This document shows, piece after piece, positions 36,701 to 49,657 of a stretch of 64,000 nt of DNA. This stretch comes from Phaeosaccion multiseriatum (lineage: Eukaryota > Protista > Ochrophyta, other classes), in assembly GCA_965112735.1 (NCBI GenBank), contig OZ218951.1:2542001-2606000 (forward strand), in the 5' to 3' direction. Position 1 is the stretch's first letter. Each line of letters starts with the position of its first letter. Both the position numbers and the translations under genes were made by a program. The notes beneath the pieces were generated by a model. It saw nothing but the letters and a program-made list of their open reading frames with translations. It searched no databases and was not told where the DNA came from.

Positions 36701-38422
36701 ACTATGGCCAGCACTATTCCTGTTGCTGATGCTGCTACTGTTGGTGGTATTGGTGCTCGCGCCGTGGCTGCCAGATGTGCTGTTGTTTCCCCCATCGAGC
36801 CGAAGTCTTCTCCTGCCCCCGTCTGCATCATCCCCTCCTCCACTTGCTGCTCCACTAGTGTCTCCGCCTGGGGCATCACCCGTAGCTGCCCCTCCCCCTC
36901 CCCCTTCTCCCTCCTCTCCTTCTTCCCCTTGTCCCCCCTCTTCCCCTCCTCCTCCTCCTCCTCCTGCTGCTGCTGCTGCTGCTGCTTCTATCGGTGCGAC
37001 AGTGACCGGACTCGGCGTGACCGTGGCAGGAGAAGGCGCGATAGAACCGTGCGTGAGGCCTGTGACGAAGAGGGAGCTTCCGTCACTGCCGATGGCGATG
37101 GAGTTGCTCTCTTCGTTGTTCTCGCTGCCCCAGTTAGAGCTCCACTGCGGGATGTGTGTATGTGTGTGTGAGCGAGAGAGACGGAGAGACGGGTGTGAGA
37201 GGGAGGTGGGAGGGACAGAAATTAGCGAGAAAGGGGGACAGAGAGGGGGAGGGAGAGGGAGATACAGAGAGAAACAGATAGACACATGCGAAGAGCGAGG
37301 GAGAGGAGGGTGAGACAGTGAGAGATAGACGAACACAGGCACACAGACACAAACAGAGAGAGAGATACCCACCCACCCACCCATGCACACACGCAATGTA
37401 CACTCACAGCACGCACCTGCAGACGGCCGGAAGCGTTGAACTTGGCCACAAAGGCTTGGGTCACGCCCTCTTCCCCCTCCCACTCAAAGTAGCCCGTGAG
37501 ATAGATGACTGCATCCATGCCGTCGCCATCCACAGCAAGGGAGGTGCCATAAGAGCTCTTTTCCAGCACCCCTTCTCCACCCACCCCTTGCTCCTCTTGT
37601 TGCTGCTGCTGCTCTGCCGTGTTGCTGCTGCCCTCTCCTGTTGTCCCCTCCTCCGCTCCCGGAGCTTCTCCCTCCCCCCCCCCTCCTCCTCCCCCTCCCC
37701 CTGTTGTTGTTGTTGTTGTTGCTACTGCGTCAGTAGTCGTTGCATTGCCCGCCCTAGTTGCGGCCCCTCCTACTGCGGTTGGGGCAGGTGTGTCGGCGAC
37801 AAGGCCTCCCACTTCCCCCGCCCCCCCCCCCTCCGACACCCCTCCGAGGGCGTCGCTGGCGGTGTGGCTGACGAACCATATCTCCTCTCCTGTGGTGCCG
37901 TTTAGCTTGGAAAGGTACGCTGCAAACACTCGATCCTCTGTTTCGAAGGCCGCGTGCGGGTTGGAGAGGGAGAGGGAGAAGGACAAGGACAAGGGGGGGA
38001 GTCAGTAACGTGAGACCAAAGTGCTCTCTGCACCAAAGTGCTCTCTGCTCTCTGAGGATCTGCTCTCTGCTCTCTGAGGATGTTCCCCAGAGAGCAGAGA
38101 GATGTTTAGCATAGAGAAGCAAAGGTGATAGTTACCGAGTGTGTCCCTGGAGTTGGTGGTTCCACTCCCACACATGTACACACTGCCTCCGCTCCGGTCC
38201 GCCGCGGTGTCCATGGCCTGTGACAAGGGAAATCAGAGGGCCCCGAGAGATAGCGGATATCGGAGATTAGCATTGAAATATTATCGTAAGAGGCGCGTGT
38301 GTGGGGCGGGTACAGCAGTGTAATTGTCTTCTTTTTCTTTTTGGCGCGTTTACCTGGTCATCGTTGTCGCTTTCCAAGGCCGTTAGCACCACCGTCTCCA
38401 GTCTCAGCGGCGCTGCATCCAT
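33631..38422 (-). CDS. SBBP-type beta-propeller protein with C-terminal transmembrane helix and acidic tail (about 8 exons; 5' end uncertain)
   Basis: Blade motifs FVAKFNASG..QWSSNWGSENNEESNSIAIGSDGSSLFVTGLTHG, DIFISRLSSDTGEVQWTSQLGSPSYDVG..VYITG and IYVTGHT..AFVSKI, then a PTPAPT stalk and TM WLTIGGTVVIVSVLIALM. A frame change within the C-homopolymers at 34441-34470 is needed (probably a sequencing indel). Confidence 0.7.
36377..36437. repeat. 13-bp tandem repeat (TCAGCCTTCGCTT) x ~4.7, intronic
   Basis: Four perfect units plus a partial unit read directly. Confidence 0.9.
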
Positions 38423-38996
38423 ACACTGACGCTCTGCAAGGGTGCTGCGGTTGTTGCTTCCGCCAACGCCTTCGCCGCTCCTCTGTTCGGCCGCGCTCCT
38501 CCAAAATTCCCCCACAATATTGTTTCTGCCTTTTCTCGATAGCTTTTTCTTTCTCTCGTCCCACAAGTATCTCTCGGATAACAAAGAGCCTTACTCTCTG
38601 GAGTACAGCTTTCAAAGGAACCTTTTTCTTTTCTATTCTTGGACCCCCCTTGTGTGTTTTCGAATGCCCAACTGTGAACAGATCACCAACGTCCATACAA
38701 CGTAACTTCTCCCTGATCTCCTCGCGCGGAACTCCCCCCCCCCCCCAGTCGATTATAAACACCCCCGGTAAATGAAATGAAGTTGTGCTTCCCTGTTGAA
38801 GAGGAAGGCACTCTACGCGACGACTTTGGGAAGTGGATTACCAGAACGCAGCCCAACTGAGAGGGAAAGAGGAGATGAAAGGAGGAGGAAAAAGAGGTTA
38901 GCCAAGCAGCCAGCCAGCCGGGCACTGCCAGCTAGCAGGACGTAGAGGATAAGCATTTCCCGTTGCCCAAGGATCTGGAATCCACACACTGTTGGC

Positions 38997-40689
38997 ATGG
39001 GCCCAGGGGCGCCATGTCCACGGAGGCGGAGGCGGGTTGTAGCTGTTCTCTTCAACCTCCTCATGGCCCTCAATGTGGCCCAAGGCTGCACGGAAACACC
39101 TGCTGCAGATGGATCCATCTACTTTGAGGTGGAGGATGCCTTTAGTGCCCAGGCTTTAGCGGAACAACTGGGCCTCTGCGAAGGTGCGAGCAAGAGCAAG
39201 AGGGGAGAGGGCTTCACTTCATGCCCAAAAAAAATCCCCCTTTCTACCTGTGCTCCGTTTCCCACTCTCTGTCTGTGCGTTGGGTCCCCCACGTTACGTA
39301 ATGCATCACCCGTCTCCCTCCCCCTCTCTGCCTCTCTCTCCCTCGATGTCTTTCACTCTTTTGTGTCGGTCTGTCTGTCTGGTTGCATGTCTGTCTGTTT
39401 GTCCATCCATCTGTCTGTCTGTCTGTCTGACTGTCTGTCTGTTTGTCTGCCTTTTCTCCCCTTATCTCTCGTTCTCTCTCCCTCGATCTCTCTCATAACT
39501 TTGATCTCTTTCTTCCACCCTCTCTTCCTGCCGTATCCTCTCTCTTTCCCTCCCCCTCCCTACGTCTATTTATCCCCCCCCTTTCTCTCTCTCTGTCTTC
39601 CCCCCTTCCTCCCTCTCTATATCCCCCCCCTTTCCCCACCATCTTCTGCCTCCCTCCCTCCCACACACACCCCCCCTTCACCCTCCTCTCGCTCTCTTTT
39701 CTTGTGCTCCTCTGCTGCTGCTCCTCCTTCCACTAAAACACCTCCTTCCTACCTCCGTACGCAGATGATTTTGTAGTGCAGTGGAAGGGTCAAGTGCTCC
39801 TGCCCTCCACCCTCGATTTCACGGGCAAGACTCTGACCGTATCGGGAACCTCATCACTCGAAAGCAGCACCAGCACCAGCAGTAGTAGTGTTATCGACGG
39901 AGGCAGCTCAGTCCGTCCCTTCCAGTGCACCTCAGCCGAAGGGCAGACATCTGCCTTACTTCTGTCCCACATCACCGTCCAGAACGGCTTTCACGAAGAT
40001 GAGGGGGGCGCGGTATTCATGAGAACGGAGGGAGCGGGCGCGTTGTCTTCACTATCCGCGTCCACCGATGCGGTCTTCCTCGGTAACCAGAGCCCCAGCG
40101 GAGGAGCCGTGTATGTGCGGACGGTAGGCGGTGCCGCGACTGTCTCCATGGCGGGAAATGCCTCCTTGCTGGGCAATCAGGCGGAGGAGACGGGCGGAGC
40201 GGTGGAGGCTTTCTGTACCGGAGGAGACACGCGTATCGCCATTGAGGGAGAAAGCCTGCTGGAAGGCAACGAGGCCGGGCAGTCCGGTGGTGCCATCTAC
40301 GGCCGCTCTTACGGCGAGTCCAGCCTGTCCATTGAGGTAGGCGGGGAGGCGAAGGTTTACTCCAATAGGGCGCGGAGTGCGGGCGGGATTTACGCCTTGC
40401 GAACCGCCGTGCGCATCGGGGAGAAGGCGTCCATCGCCCACAATGAGGCCACAGGCAAGTTCAGCATTTGAATCAAGCGAGTCAAGTGGACACAACGTCT
40501 CCCTTCCTGCGCCTTGCCCGCTCTGCCCCCAGCCCCTCGTAGTGAGATGGAGCTGAGACATGGTGGTGCTCGGCCCGCAGCTCCTCAGCTCCTTGTAGTT
40601 TTGAGACGCCCAATCCTGACTTCCCGACTTCTTTCTCCCCCCTCCCTCGGCGGCATTGCTTATACTGACCGACTTGTGGTGTGTGTGTT

Positions 40690-40761
<72 letters not shown>

Positions 40762-42942
40762 GTACATATGTGCATGTGTATGCCACTGTACGTCACTTAT
40801 GAATGATACATCACCAACACGGGGCGGAAAATACAGGGGGGCGAGGAGGCGGCATTCAGATCGATGCGTCCGATACAACGCCAAGCCTTTGCAACATTAC
40901 AGGCACCGCCCAAGTGCACAACAACTCCGCCACGGCAGACGGGGGAGGCATATGGGCCACAACCGCCACTGTCTCTCTCTCCGACAGCGTGAGCGTCACC
41001 AACAATCGGTGCGGCGACGATGGAGGAGGCATTCGCGCCTTCTCTCGCATGCAAGTCTTGCTCTCTGATCAAGTTAGAGTGGGCAACAATAGCGCGGGCA
41101 AGTACGGCGGTGGCATTTCACAGTTCGAAGACGCGGATCTGTACATTGGCGACGACGTGGAGGTGGTGTTTAACAAGGCGCGGCGCGGGGGGGGCATCTC
41201 CGCGAGAGACAAGCTCTTGACCTACGTCCGAGGAAGAGCGGTGGTGCAGGGGAACGAGGCGCTGGACACAGGAGGAGGTATCTTTGTGGAGGACTTCAGC
41301 GAGGTATACATTGAGGGGAAGGCCCAGGTCAAGGCTAACAGTGCGTCCAACTCGGGCGGAGGTGTGTTTTGCACCTTCTCCAAGCTCACCTTGTCCGATG
41401 AGGCGGTGCTCAGCGACAATGCCGCCAACGGGCAAGGAGGTGGTCTCGGCATTGAAGCCGGCTGCGAGGCGGTGCTCATTGGCAGCCCCTCTCTCACGGT
41501 GAGTAGAGCAGGCAGCCAGTCAGTCAGTCAACGTAGTAACTTCAGCCAGCCAGTCAGTCAGTCAGTCAGTCAGTCAATCTGTCAATCTGTCATCGTGCTC
41601 TTCTCCTTCATTCTCCGCGTGCATGTGTGCGTGCGTATGTGCTGAAGTACCGCCACTCTGTTTGTGGCTTTGCTGTGGTTTGCCGTGTCGTGACTTGCCG
41701 TGCGTGATTTGCCGAGCTCACGTGGATGATGTTTACCTCGCACTGACTGCACCTCTCGCCCACCTCGCGCTCCTCCCCCCTCCCCGCTTCCCCTCTCTGC
41801 TCGCGGTCTTCCCCCCTCTTCTCCCCTCCCCTCCCATCCCCTTCGCTTCCCCCCTCTCCTCCCTCTTCTCCCCCGTCCCCGCTTCCCCCCCCTTCTCATC
41901 CTCCTCTTCTCATCCTCCCCTCTCTCCTCCCCCCTCCCCTCTCCCCCCTCCTCTCCCCTTTGAACTGAACGAACATGAACCCGCTGCACCTGCATGCAGG
42001 GCAACACCGCCAGCGACGGCGGAGGCGCATATGTGTCCAGAGGTGCCGACATCAGCACTGCCCCAGACAGCACTCCGTTCTTTGAGCGCAACGAGGCGAC
42101 CAACAGTGGAGGGGCAGTCTATCTAGAGGGAGGGGACAGCGCCTTGGATGGGGGAGACTTCAGAGAGAATTCGGCGCTTCTCTCTGGGGGCGCCGTGTAC
42201 CAGGTAAGGTGGTGATATGCGACACAGGAACGGAAGGAATAGAGATGAAAGGTACAGGGGAACGCGCGCGCGCACACACACACACAAACACACGCGCACT
42301 CACACGCACGCACTCACACGCACACTCACACACACATACTCACACACGTACATGCAGACGGCATTCAGCAGCAGCTTCTCCTGCGAGGCCTGCTCCTTCT
42401 CCTCCAACTCGGCCGATTGCTGCTCCGCCCTCAGCACCAGCGGAGCCGAGCGGCCCCGGGGCTCCGTGTGTGTTGACGTGGATGTGGGGCGGGCGGGGTT
42501 GCAGTGCTGTCGAGAGAACGAGTTCGTCTCTGTCGAGCAGATGCCCGCCGGCTCTCCCTCTCCCTCTGCCTCTCCTTCTCGCGTTCGCTTGGTGTGCTCC
42601 TCCTGTTCCGACAGCAAGGGACTGGAGTGCTCAGGGGTGGGAAGCACGCTACAGACGCTCGACATCACCCCCGGCTATTGGCGGGCGTCGAATACGAGCG
42701 AGGCTGTCCTTGAGTGCTGGAACCCCCGAGCCTGCCGGGGGGGCACCTTACAACAAGAGGAAGAACAAGAACAAGAACAAGAAGATCGGGCGAGGGTACT
42801 CCTGGGTCCTCCTTCCAGCCTGGGCGAGGGGGAGAATCGAACTCGCGCCCTGACCTCCTCCTCGCCCTCGCCCTCCTCCCCCCTCTCGCCTCCTGCGAGG
42901 GTATTGGCGGTGGCTGCTCAGGACGAGGCTGAGAGTGGCAGC

Positions 42943-42986
<44 letters not shown>

Positions 42987-45900
42987 GAGTGGTGATGTCG
43001 ACGGATATTGTGCAGAGGGATACTCGGGGCCATATTGCGGCGTGTGCAGCGAGGGCTATGCTCGGCTGTTAGGGTGAGTGAGTGAGTGAGTGAGTGAAGG
43101 AGTGGGTGAGTGAGTGAGTGAGTGAGTGAGTGAGTGAGTGAGTGAGTGAGTGAGTGAGTGAGTGAGTGGGTGACTGAGTGAGTGACGGAGTGAGTGAAGG
43201 AGTGGGTGAGTGAGTGATAGTGTGAGTGAGTGATAGTGTCAGTGAGTGAGTGAGTGAGTGAGTGAGTGACTGAGTGAGTGACTGAGTGAGTGACTGAGAG
43301 AGTGAGAGAGTGAGTGAGTGAGTGAGTGAGTGGGTGAGTGAGTGAGTAGGTAAGTGAGTGAGTGATGGAGTAAGAGGATTGCTTAATTGATTGATTGGAT
43401 TGAGTCAACAGCTTTTGCGCCTGACCTTTGCATCCCTGGTCCTGGGTCGGCGGTCCCTGTGGGTGCGCTCACTTAGAGCTGTAGCCCCATAGTCTTCACC
43501 GCCAATGCCGTGCCCCCCCACCCCCCCAACCCCCCACTCACCCACCAACCCACCCCACATCACCCCACATCACCCCACTCCGCCCCCTCCTCTCCCCTCC
43601 CTTTCTACCCCCGCAGCTTTGAATGTACAAAGTGCTCTGGGGGGCATCTACGTACCTTCGTCGCCACCGCCGTCCTCTTCTTGTTCGCCCTCGCCATCGC
43701 CGTCGTCGTCCTCATTGTAGAGCTACTCAGCCTTGGCGACGGCTCAGAAGCGACGGAGTATACAACCAACGCGTCCGGCCTTGGCAGGGGCGTGCTCATT
43801 GCTCTGCGGCAAGTGAAGAGCTTCCTTGCGCCCTTGGGCGGGTGGCTGAGGAAGGTGGCGTGGAGCAAGCTGAGGGTTCCTGTGGTGGTGTTTCAGATTC
43901 TGACGCAGAATCTACACATTACGGGCATTCGGATACTTGGTGTTTACGGTACGTGCATGAATGGGGTCTATTGTAGTGGTAGGTAGTACGCTAGTTTATT
44001 GCTGGTCCTGAGTTGTTCCACATCCACACCCACACCCACACCCACATCGACCACGTCCTGACCACACCATCCCCTCACTCCCCCCCTTCCTCCCTGCCTG
44101 CCTGCCTGCCTCCCTCCCTCCCTCCCTCCCTCCCTCCCTCTCCCTCCCTGCCTCCCTCCCTCCCTCTCTCCCTCCTTCCTTCCCTCCCTCCCCTCCCTCC
44201 CTCCCTCCCTCCCTCCCCGCCGTGCCGTACCGTGGCTGTGACAGGCAAGTTCATAGCGTGGCTGGACGTGATCAACCTCGACATGTCGTGGCTCATCAAC
44301 AGCGGCTGCATCCGCTCTTTGAACTTCTACGACAAGCTGCTCCTCGCCACGCTGACCCCGCTGGGCATCGGGGCGCTCCTCCTGGCTACGTATATGGCCT
44401 CGTTACGCGTCAGCAAGACCATTAGGAGCGAGAGGAGCAGGGGGGGGAGGGGCGAAGGAGGGGGCGAGGGGGAGAACGACATGAGGAGCGAAGGAGGCGA
44501 GAACGACAAGGGAGACGAGCGAAATGAGGAAGACGTGCGAGCGGCGGCTGCCTATGTCCTGCGGTCTCGACAGAAACACGTCTTCGCTGTGATGGTCATC
44601 ACCTTCCTCATTTACTCTTGTAAGTGGTGTGGCTGCGCGTGTGGTTTGGGAGCACGAAGGTCACTATCACTGACTTTTGTCGAGCGCGCTGAGCCGTCCA
44701 CCTCAGTACCATTTCCCCCCTCCCCTCCCCGTGCCTTAACGTTCTTTGCCTCCTTGTCTCCCGTCACTCAACGTCGATTACTTCAATGTCGACATAATAT
44801 CGATGTCAATATCGATGCTCTCTCCTCAGCGGTGAGCACCACGGTGTTTCAGACCTTCGCCTGTGAGGACATCCTTGGCACACCTTTCCTGCGAGCGGAC
44901 TACTCCATCGTGTGTGATGGACCCAAGTACACCGCCTTTGTTGTGTATGCGGTATGCATGATCGTCGTGTGAGTGAAACTGTATGTAACTGTCTGTAACT
45001 GTGTGTAACTTTTGAGTGCCTATAGAGGGACAGAGAGGGAGAGGAGCGGGGTAAGAGGGGGAATGGATGGAAGAGCAGGGAGGGCGAGGACTCACTCACT
45101 CACTCACTCACTCACTCACTCACCCACTCCCTACCTCACTTACTCACCCACTCTCTCCCTCCCTCTCTCTCTACCTCCCTCCCTCCCTCCCCTCCCTCAC
45201 GCAGCTACCCCCTGGGCATTCCCGTCTACTACGCCATCACGCTGCGGCGCCACGGCCGTAAGCACCTCGAAAAGCACTTAATGGCCGCCTCTCGTCGGAA
45301 GGAGCTTGCATCCTCGTCATCTGCGATGGGCCGGATGCAGGCCAGTTTGAGGGCTCTCTATGGCCCCAAGCGGCGATCGGTGCATGAGCAGAGGGGAGGA
45401 GGATTTGGAGAAGGAGGACGAGGGGGAAGAAGAAGAGGAGGAGGAGGAGGAGGAGGAGGAGGAGGAGGAGGAGGAGGAGGAGGAGGAGGAGGAGGAGGAG
45501 GAGGAGGAGGAGGAGGAGGAGGAGGGCAGCGGCTGCGGGAGGTATCGAGATCAGGGGAGGGCGATGACAATGGCGATGGTGGTCCGCCCGGTGGTCAACG
45601 TCGACGTCAAGGCCCCTCCAACGAAGAAGCGAAGGTCATGGAGGAGAGGAAGAAGGGAGAGGAGGAGAAGGATGAGGAGGAAGAGGACGAGGAGGATGAA
45701 GAGGAGGAGGAGGAGGAGGAGGAGGAGGAGGAGGAGGAGGAGGAGGAGGAGGAGGAGGAGGAGGAGGAGCAGGAGGACAGCAGACCTGCGCCGCGATTGG
45801 GTCATGACACGCATATCAGGAGTGACGCCTGTGTTGATGATGATGAGAGTGCTCCGCCGCCCCCCGCTCGCCTCTTGTGGAGGGACTACCGCCCCGAGAC

Positions 45901-47049
45901 GTACGGCTGGGAGATATTTGAGTGCCTACGGCGTCTCTTTTTGACCGGACTCGTGGTCTTTATCGCCCCTGGTCTGAGCGGGCAGCCCGCCACGGCCTGC
46001 CTCTTTGCGCTCCTCTCCTTTATTGTGATTTGCGTGGTGCGGCCTCACAGGGACGAGTTGGATCATATGGCTTACGTGTTTGGCGCTGTCATCATCTTTC
46101 TCAGCATGTTCCTGTCTCTCCTGGTAAAGGTGCGTGCCTGTGTGCGTGCGTGTGTGCGTGTGTGTGTGGGTGTGTGGGTGCGTGTGGGTGTTTGTGTGTG
46201 TGTGGGGTCTGCTGCCTTGCTGTGTGCTCATCAATCTCGATCCAAGTAGGGAGGGAGGGAGGGAGGGAGGGGAAAAGGAAGGGTGCGCTCGATCAGTCAG
46301 CTCTCGCGTTGCATTCTGTTTGGGAGTCCCTCCGGACAAGCTTGCTTACACCATCCAACCATTTATCCTTGCATGCGGTGTGAGTGCCAGCTAGCTACCG
46401 TAGGCTCTGAGTCAAGTTGGGGTGCCTCCGACGCAGCAAAGAGCTGCCTTTCGCTTCCCTTCGAGAAAGAGCGGTTGGCAAAGCGAAGAGAGAAGAGGGG
46501 TTCTCAACTCTTACCCACCCACCAAGCCTTTTTCCGTTTACCGCATGGGCAGTGTGGTTGTACCTTGGCACCTGCCTTTTCTGACTTCCCCCGTCCTCCT
46601 CCCCTCCCTCCCTCCCTCCCTCCCTCCCTCCCTCCCTCCCTCCCTCCCTCCCTCCCTCCCTCCCTCCCTCCCTCCCTCCCTCCTTCTTTTCCCCTCCCCC
46701 CCCCTCCCTCCCTCCCTCCCTCCTTCCCTTCCCCTCCCTCCCTCCCTTCCTCCCTCTCCTCCTCATCCACTGCCACCCCCACCCCCGCTCCTTCCCTCCC
46801 ACACAGGCGGACGTGAGCCAAGACGGTGCTTTTAGCGCAAGCACCTTCGGATGGTTGCTTGTGGCGCTCAACGTGCTCCTGCTGGTGTGCGCCTTTGCTC
46901 AGATCGCTCTGGCCTTGAAGCAAGGCACGCAATCCTGGAAGCAAAACAGCCTCATGGGCTTTGCCGCAGGATCGGGAGTGGGGTTGGACGAAACGGTTCA
47001 GACGTTGACAAAATCGCTGGGCAGGAAGAGCAGGAGGGCTTTTATATAG
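38997..47049 (+). CDS. Polymorphic outer membrane protein-like (GGAI/FxxN beta-helix) + Cys-rich + multi-TM protein (10 exons)
   Basis: Signal peptide, many N.A...GG[AG][IV] repeats, Cys-rich segment (GLECSGVG..LDITPGYWR..C..GYSGPYCGVCSEGY), and a TM region with FQTFACE..FLRADYSIVC, YPLGIP and LWRDYRPETYGWEIFECLRRLFLTG. Exons 38997-39183, 39765-40454, 40837-41498, 42000-42203, 42358-43073, 43617-43948, 44245-44619, 44830-44968, 45205-46129, 46807-47049 join in frame. Confidence 0.85.
43074..43365. repeat. (GTGA)n microsatellite starting at a splice donor
   Basis: The array starts exactly at the GTGAGT donor at 43074. Confidence 0.95.
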
Positions 47050-47319
47050 TGTGTTACAAAGAGCGCAGCGGATGGCCACAAGTACGACGAGACGGGGGAG
47101 GATAGAGGGCAAGGTGGGAGGGCAGGAGGATCCTCCAAAAGTGCCCTCAGGAGACGCAGATGAGGCCTGCTGCGGCTGCGGCTGCGGCAGCGCGTGCGGT
47201 CGTGTGAAATTCTGCGCTGTGCTATTTGATTCGATCGACGGGTGGCACACACCCGCTGTGGACTGGGCGATGTGAGAATGTGTTCAGTAAACACTTCGAT
47301 GCTAACTGAGTAAGTATGT

Positions 47320-47690
47320 AGGCATACTTGTATGCTCAGGCCGCGCTTGGTGTTTCGTCTAACACACACTCACACTGCCAATCCCTCCTCGATTGGCTAA
47401 TGGATGGCGGAGGTGACGAAGGGCCTTGCAGATGCTCACGTTCCCCCCAGCGAGCTGGCACTTTGACAAAGGTGCTGCTACGTTGACTGCTGTCCTCGAC
47501 TCCGGCCCAGTAGCTTGCGACACTCCACATACCCGAGCATATACAGTGACGAGGCAATGTCATCCACGCGGTTTGAGCAGCAGTGCCATAACGGCTCCTC
47601 CAGTCCTTGCCCACCCCAGCGACGAAGAAGTGATGCCCCCCCCCCACACACCGTCCTCACGACCTTCGGCATCGTGTCCTCTGGGCGCCA
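47320..47690 (-). pseudogene. Decayed third copy of the ankyrin-like family (5' portion)
   Basis: Fragments in shifting frames match the intact paralogs: GGGHHFFVAGVGKDWRSRY, MLGYVEC, WG.NVSICKALRH, RNTKRGLSI. Confidence 0.75.
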
Positions 47691-47734
47691 GCGTTGGCGC
47701 AGTGTCCACTGCGGGTGCTGCTGAATGGAGCGAG

Positions 47735-48760
47735 TCAGTCCTCGCAGTCGCAGGGGTGGCCATTGGCATGCACCCACTGCTTGATTTCCTCGAAGGCGTC
47801 ATTCCTCTCCCCATCCCAGCTACCCATGTTCAGCAGTACCTCCGGGCACGAGAACCTGTCCCATGGGCACATGACGCTCTCGGATCGCAGCCACTGCAAC
47901 ATTTCCAGGCTTTGGGCTTTCGTGACGGCACCGTAGCAAACAATGCTGTCCCAATCGCACAGGTCACGAGCGTTAGTGTGCATCCAACGCAGCACCTCCA
48001 GCTGTCCCCCGATGGCAGCAAAGTAAGGACCCCATCGCCAATCGTCGTCTTGCTGGGCCGCCTTGAGCGCAGCCCTGATCTTGGGGTGAATCAGAAGCAT
48101 CTCCAGCACATTCACACGTCCAACGTCCGCAGCCCATGCCCAAACCTTCCAGTCGAACGAGGCATTAGTCTCATCTGACAGTAGCCACGAAAGCATGCCC
48201 ACATCCCCTCTCGCTGCAGCAATAGTGCAAGTCCACGTGTCCCACGGACAGGGTCCCTTGTCGGGCAAGTCTTTGGAACGGAGCCACTTGAGAATGCCCA
48301 GGCCGTGCTTGGTATTCCATGCAGCAGCTTCACACACTACCTGATTCCATGGGCAGCCGTGGCGATGAAGGGCCTGGCAGATGCCCACGTCTCCCCACTC
48401 GGCTGCAGCTTGAAACGTCTCTATGCTCAGCGGCATGTAGCCTCGCGTGACGGCCCAATTGAAGCACTCCACAGATCCTAGCACGCTGTGACGCGGAGAG
48501 GTCTTCAAGGCGGGATGAGCGGCGCTGTACAGCCTCCTCCAGTCCATGCTGACCCCAGCGACGAAGAGGTGATGCCCACCCCCCACGGCGCCCATGAACT
48601 TAAGCACCATCTCCTCCATAGCCAACACCTTGGAGCGGAAAGGGTGCTCCTCCTCCTCCTGCTCCGTCTTCGCGTCTGTACAAGCGAGAGCGCTGGGCAC
48701 CACCCTACAGCCGCGCCCCAAGGCGCCCATGACGCTACTCATCATCGCCTGTAGCCTCAT
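47735..48760 (-). CDS. Intronless ankyrin-repeat-like protein (F-box-like N-terminus; GCPW/WD type), paralog A
   Basis: HHLFVAGVSMDWRRLY (F-box-like) followed by repeats AAEWGDVGICQAL..HGCPWN, CPWDTWTCTIAAARGDVGMLSWL, AAIGGQLEVLRWMH, IKQWVHANGHP. Confidence 0.88.
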   Translation of the reverse strand: MRLQAMMSSVMGALGRGCRVVPSALACTDAKTEQEEEEHPFRSKVLAMEEMVLKFMGAVGGGHHLFVAGVSMDWRRLYSAAHPALKTSPRHSVLGSVECFNWAVTRGYMPLSIETFQAAAEWGDVGICQALHRHGCPWNQVVCEAAAWNTKHGLGILKWLRSKDLPDKGPCPWDTWTCTIAAARGDVGMLSWLLSDETNASFDWKVWAWAADVGRVNVLEMLLIHPKIRAALKAAQQDDDWRWGPYFAAIGGQLEVLRWMHTNARDLCDWDSIVCYGAVTKAQSLEMLQWLRSESVMCPWDRFSCPEVLLNMGSWDGERNDAFEEIKQWVHANGHPCDCED

Positions 48761-49657
48761 CCAAGGAAGGCGATGCCTTTGGTGTTGATGCTAGCGCGAA
48801 AGGTGCCAAAGCGTTCGAGCTGCGCGGTCATAACCGCCGAGCCATCTCTTCTTCTTTCGCTCGCGAGGCCTCTATTAAAGCCTATCGAGTGACAAATCCC
48901 CTATGATCCGCTGGCGCGGTGCGAGAAGATTATCTACAGCTCGGGCACTGTCGACTGATTTGAGAAAGGGTTCTCTCGCTCGCTCCCATTTGGACTTGAC
49001 GTGACGTGCTAGAGGGGAGGTTGCCGCTGGGCATGGCAGCTCGGTCTTCGGCAGGGCCACTCATCCTCTTGCCGCAGTAGCTGGGGCTGCTGACACGAGC
49101 GACGGAGTGATCGAGAAGCTGCCTCAGTCCTCGCATCTGCATCGATACCTGCATCCCCTAGCACAGCACCTCAGCGAATGAGAGCTTGTCGAAATGGGGG
49201 GGGGGGGGGGAGGGGTTAAGGTGCGAGAGCAGGAGGGCCCTCAAGTGCTGCATTACAATACTATAGAGGTCAGAGTGCCTACTCAGGGGGTATAGAAGCT
49301 GCATTTGAGCTGCACCTGACCTGTGTTGGTCGGGGTGAGACAAGAAACACAAAACAGCTGCCTTGGAGCATCACTCCAAGCCTCGGGATGGAGTCACTCG
49401 GCGCGCAGTCTGTGTGAAGCGAGCTGCAGCCTGCCCGCCCTCCCGTCCGTCCCCACCCCCCTCACTCGCCCGCTTGTTCCAGCTCCGCGCTACTCGTCGA
49501 CGTCGGTGCGATGTCCGCCCCTCCCCGCCAGGTGACTGCGTCTCGAATCCTCTGGCTGTGCCTTCATGATTGGTCCTCTCTGTCCTCTAACCGCTTCCTC
49601 TGAACGACCAACAGTGTTGCCGCAGTGTCAACTACTGGTGCTGCTGAATGGAGCGAG

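Noticed and set aside
48875-49560. Short ORFs between the ankyrin paralogs (includes CPSCR)
   Set aside because: Fragmentary with no complete RING or other domain; cannot be supported as a gene.
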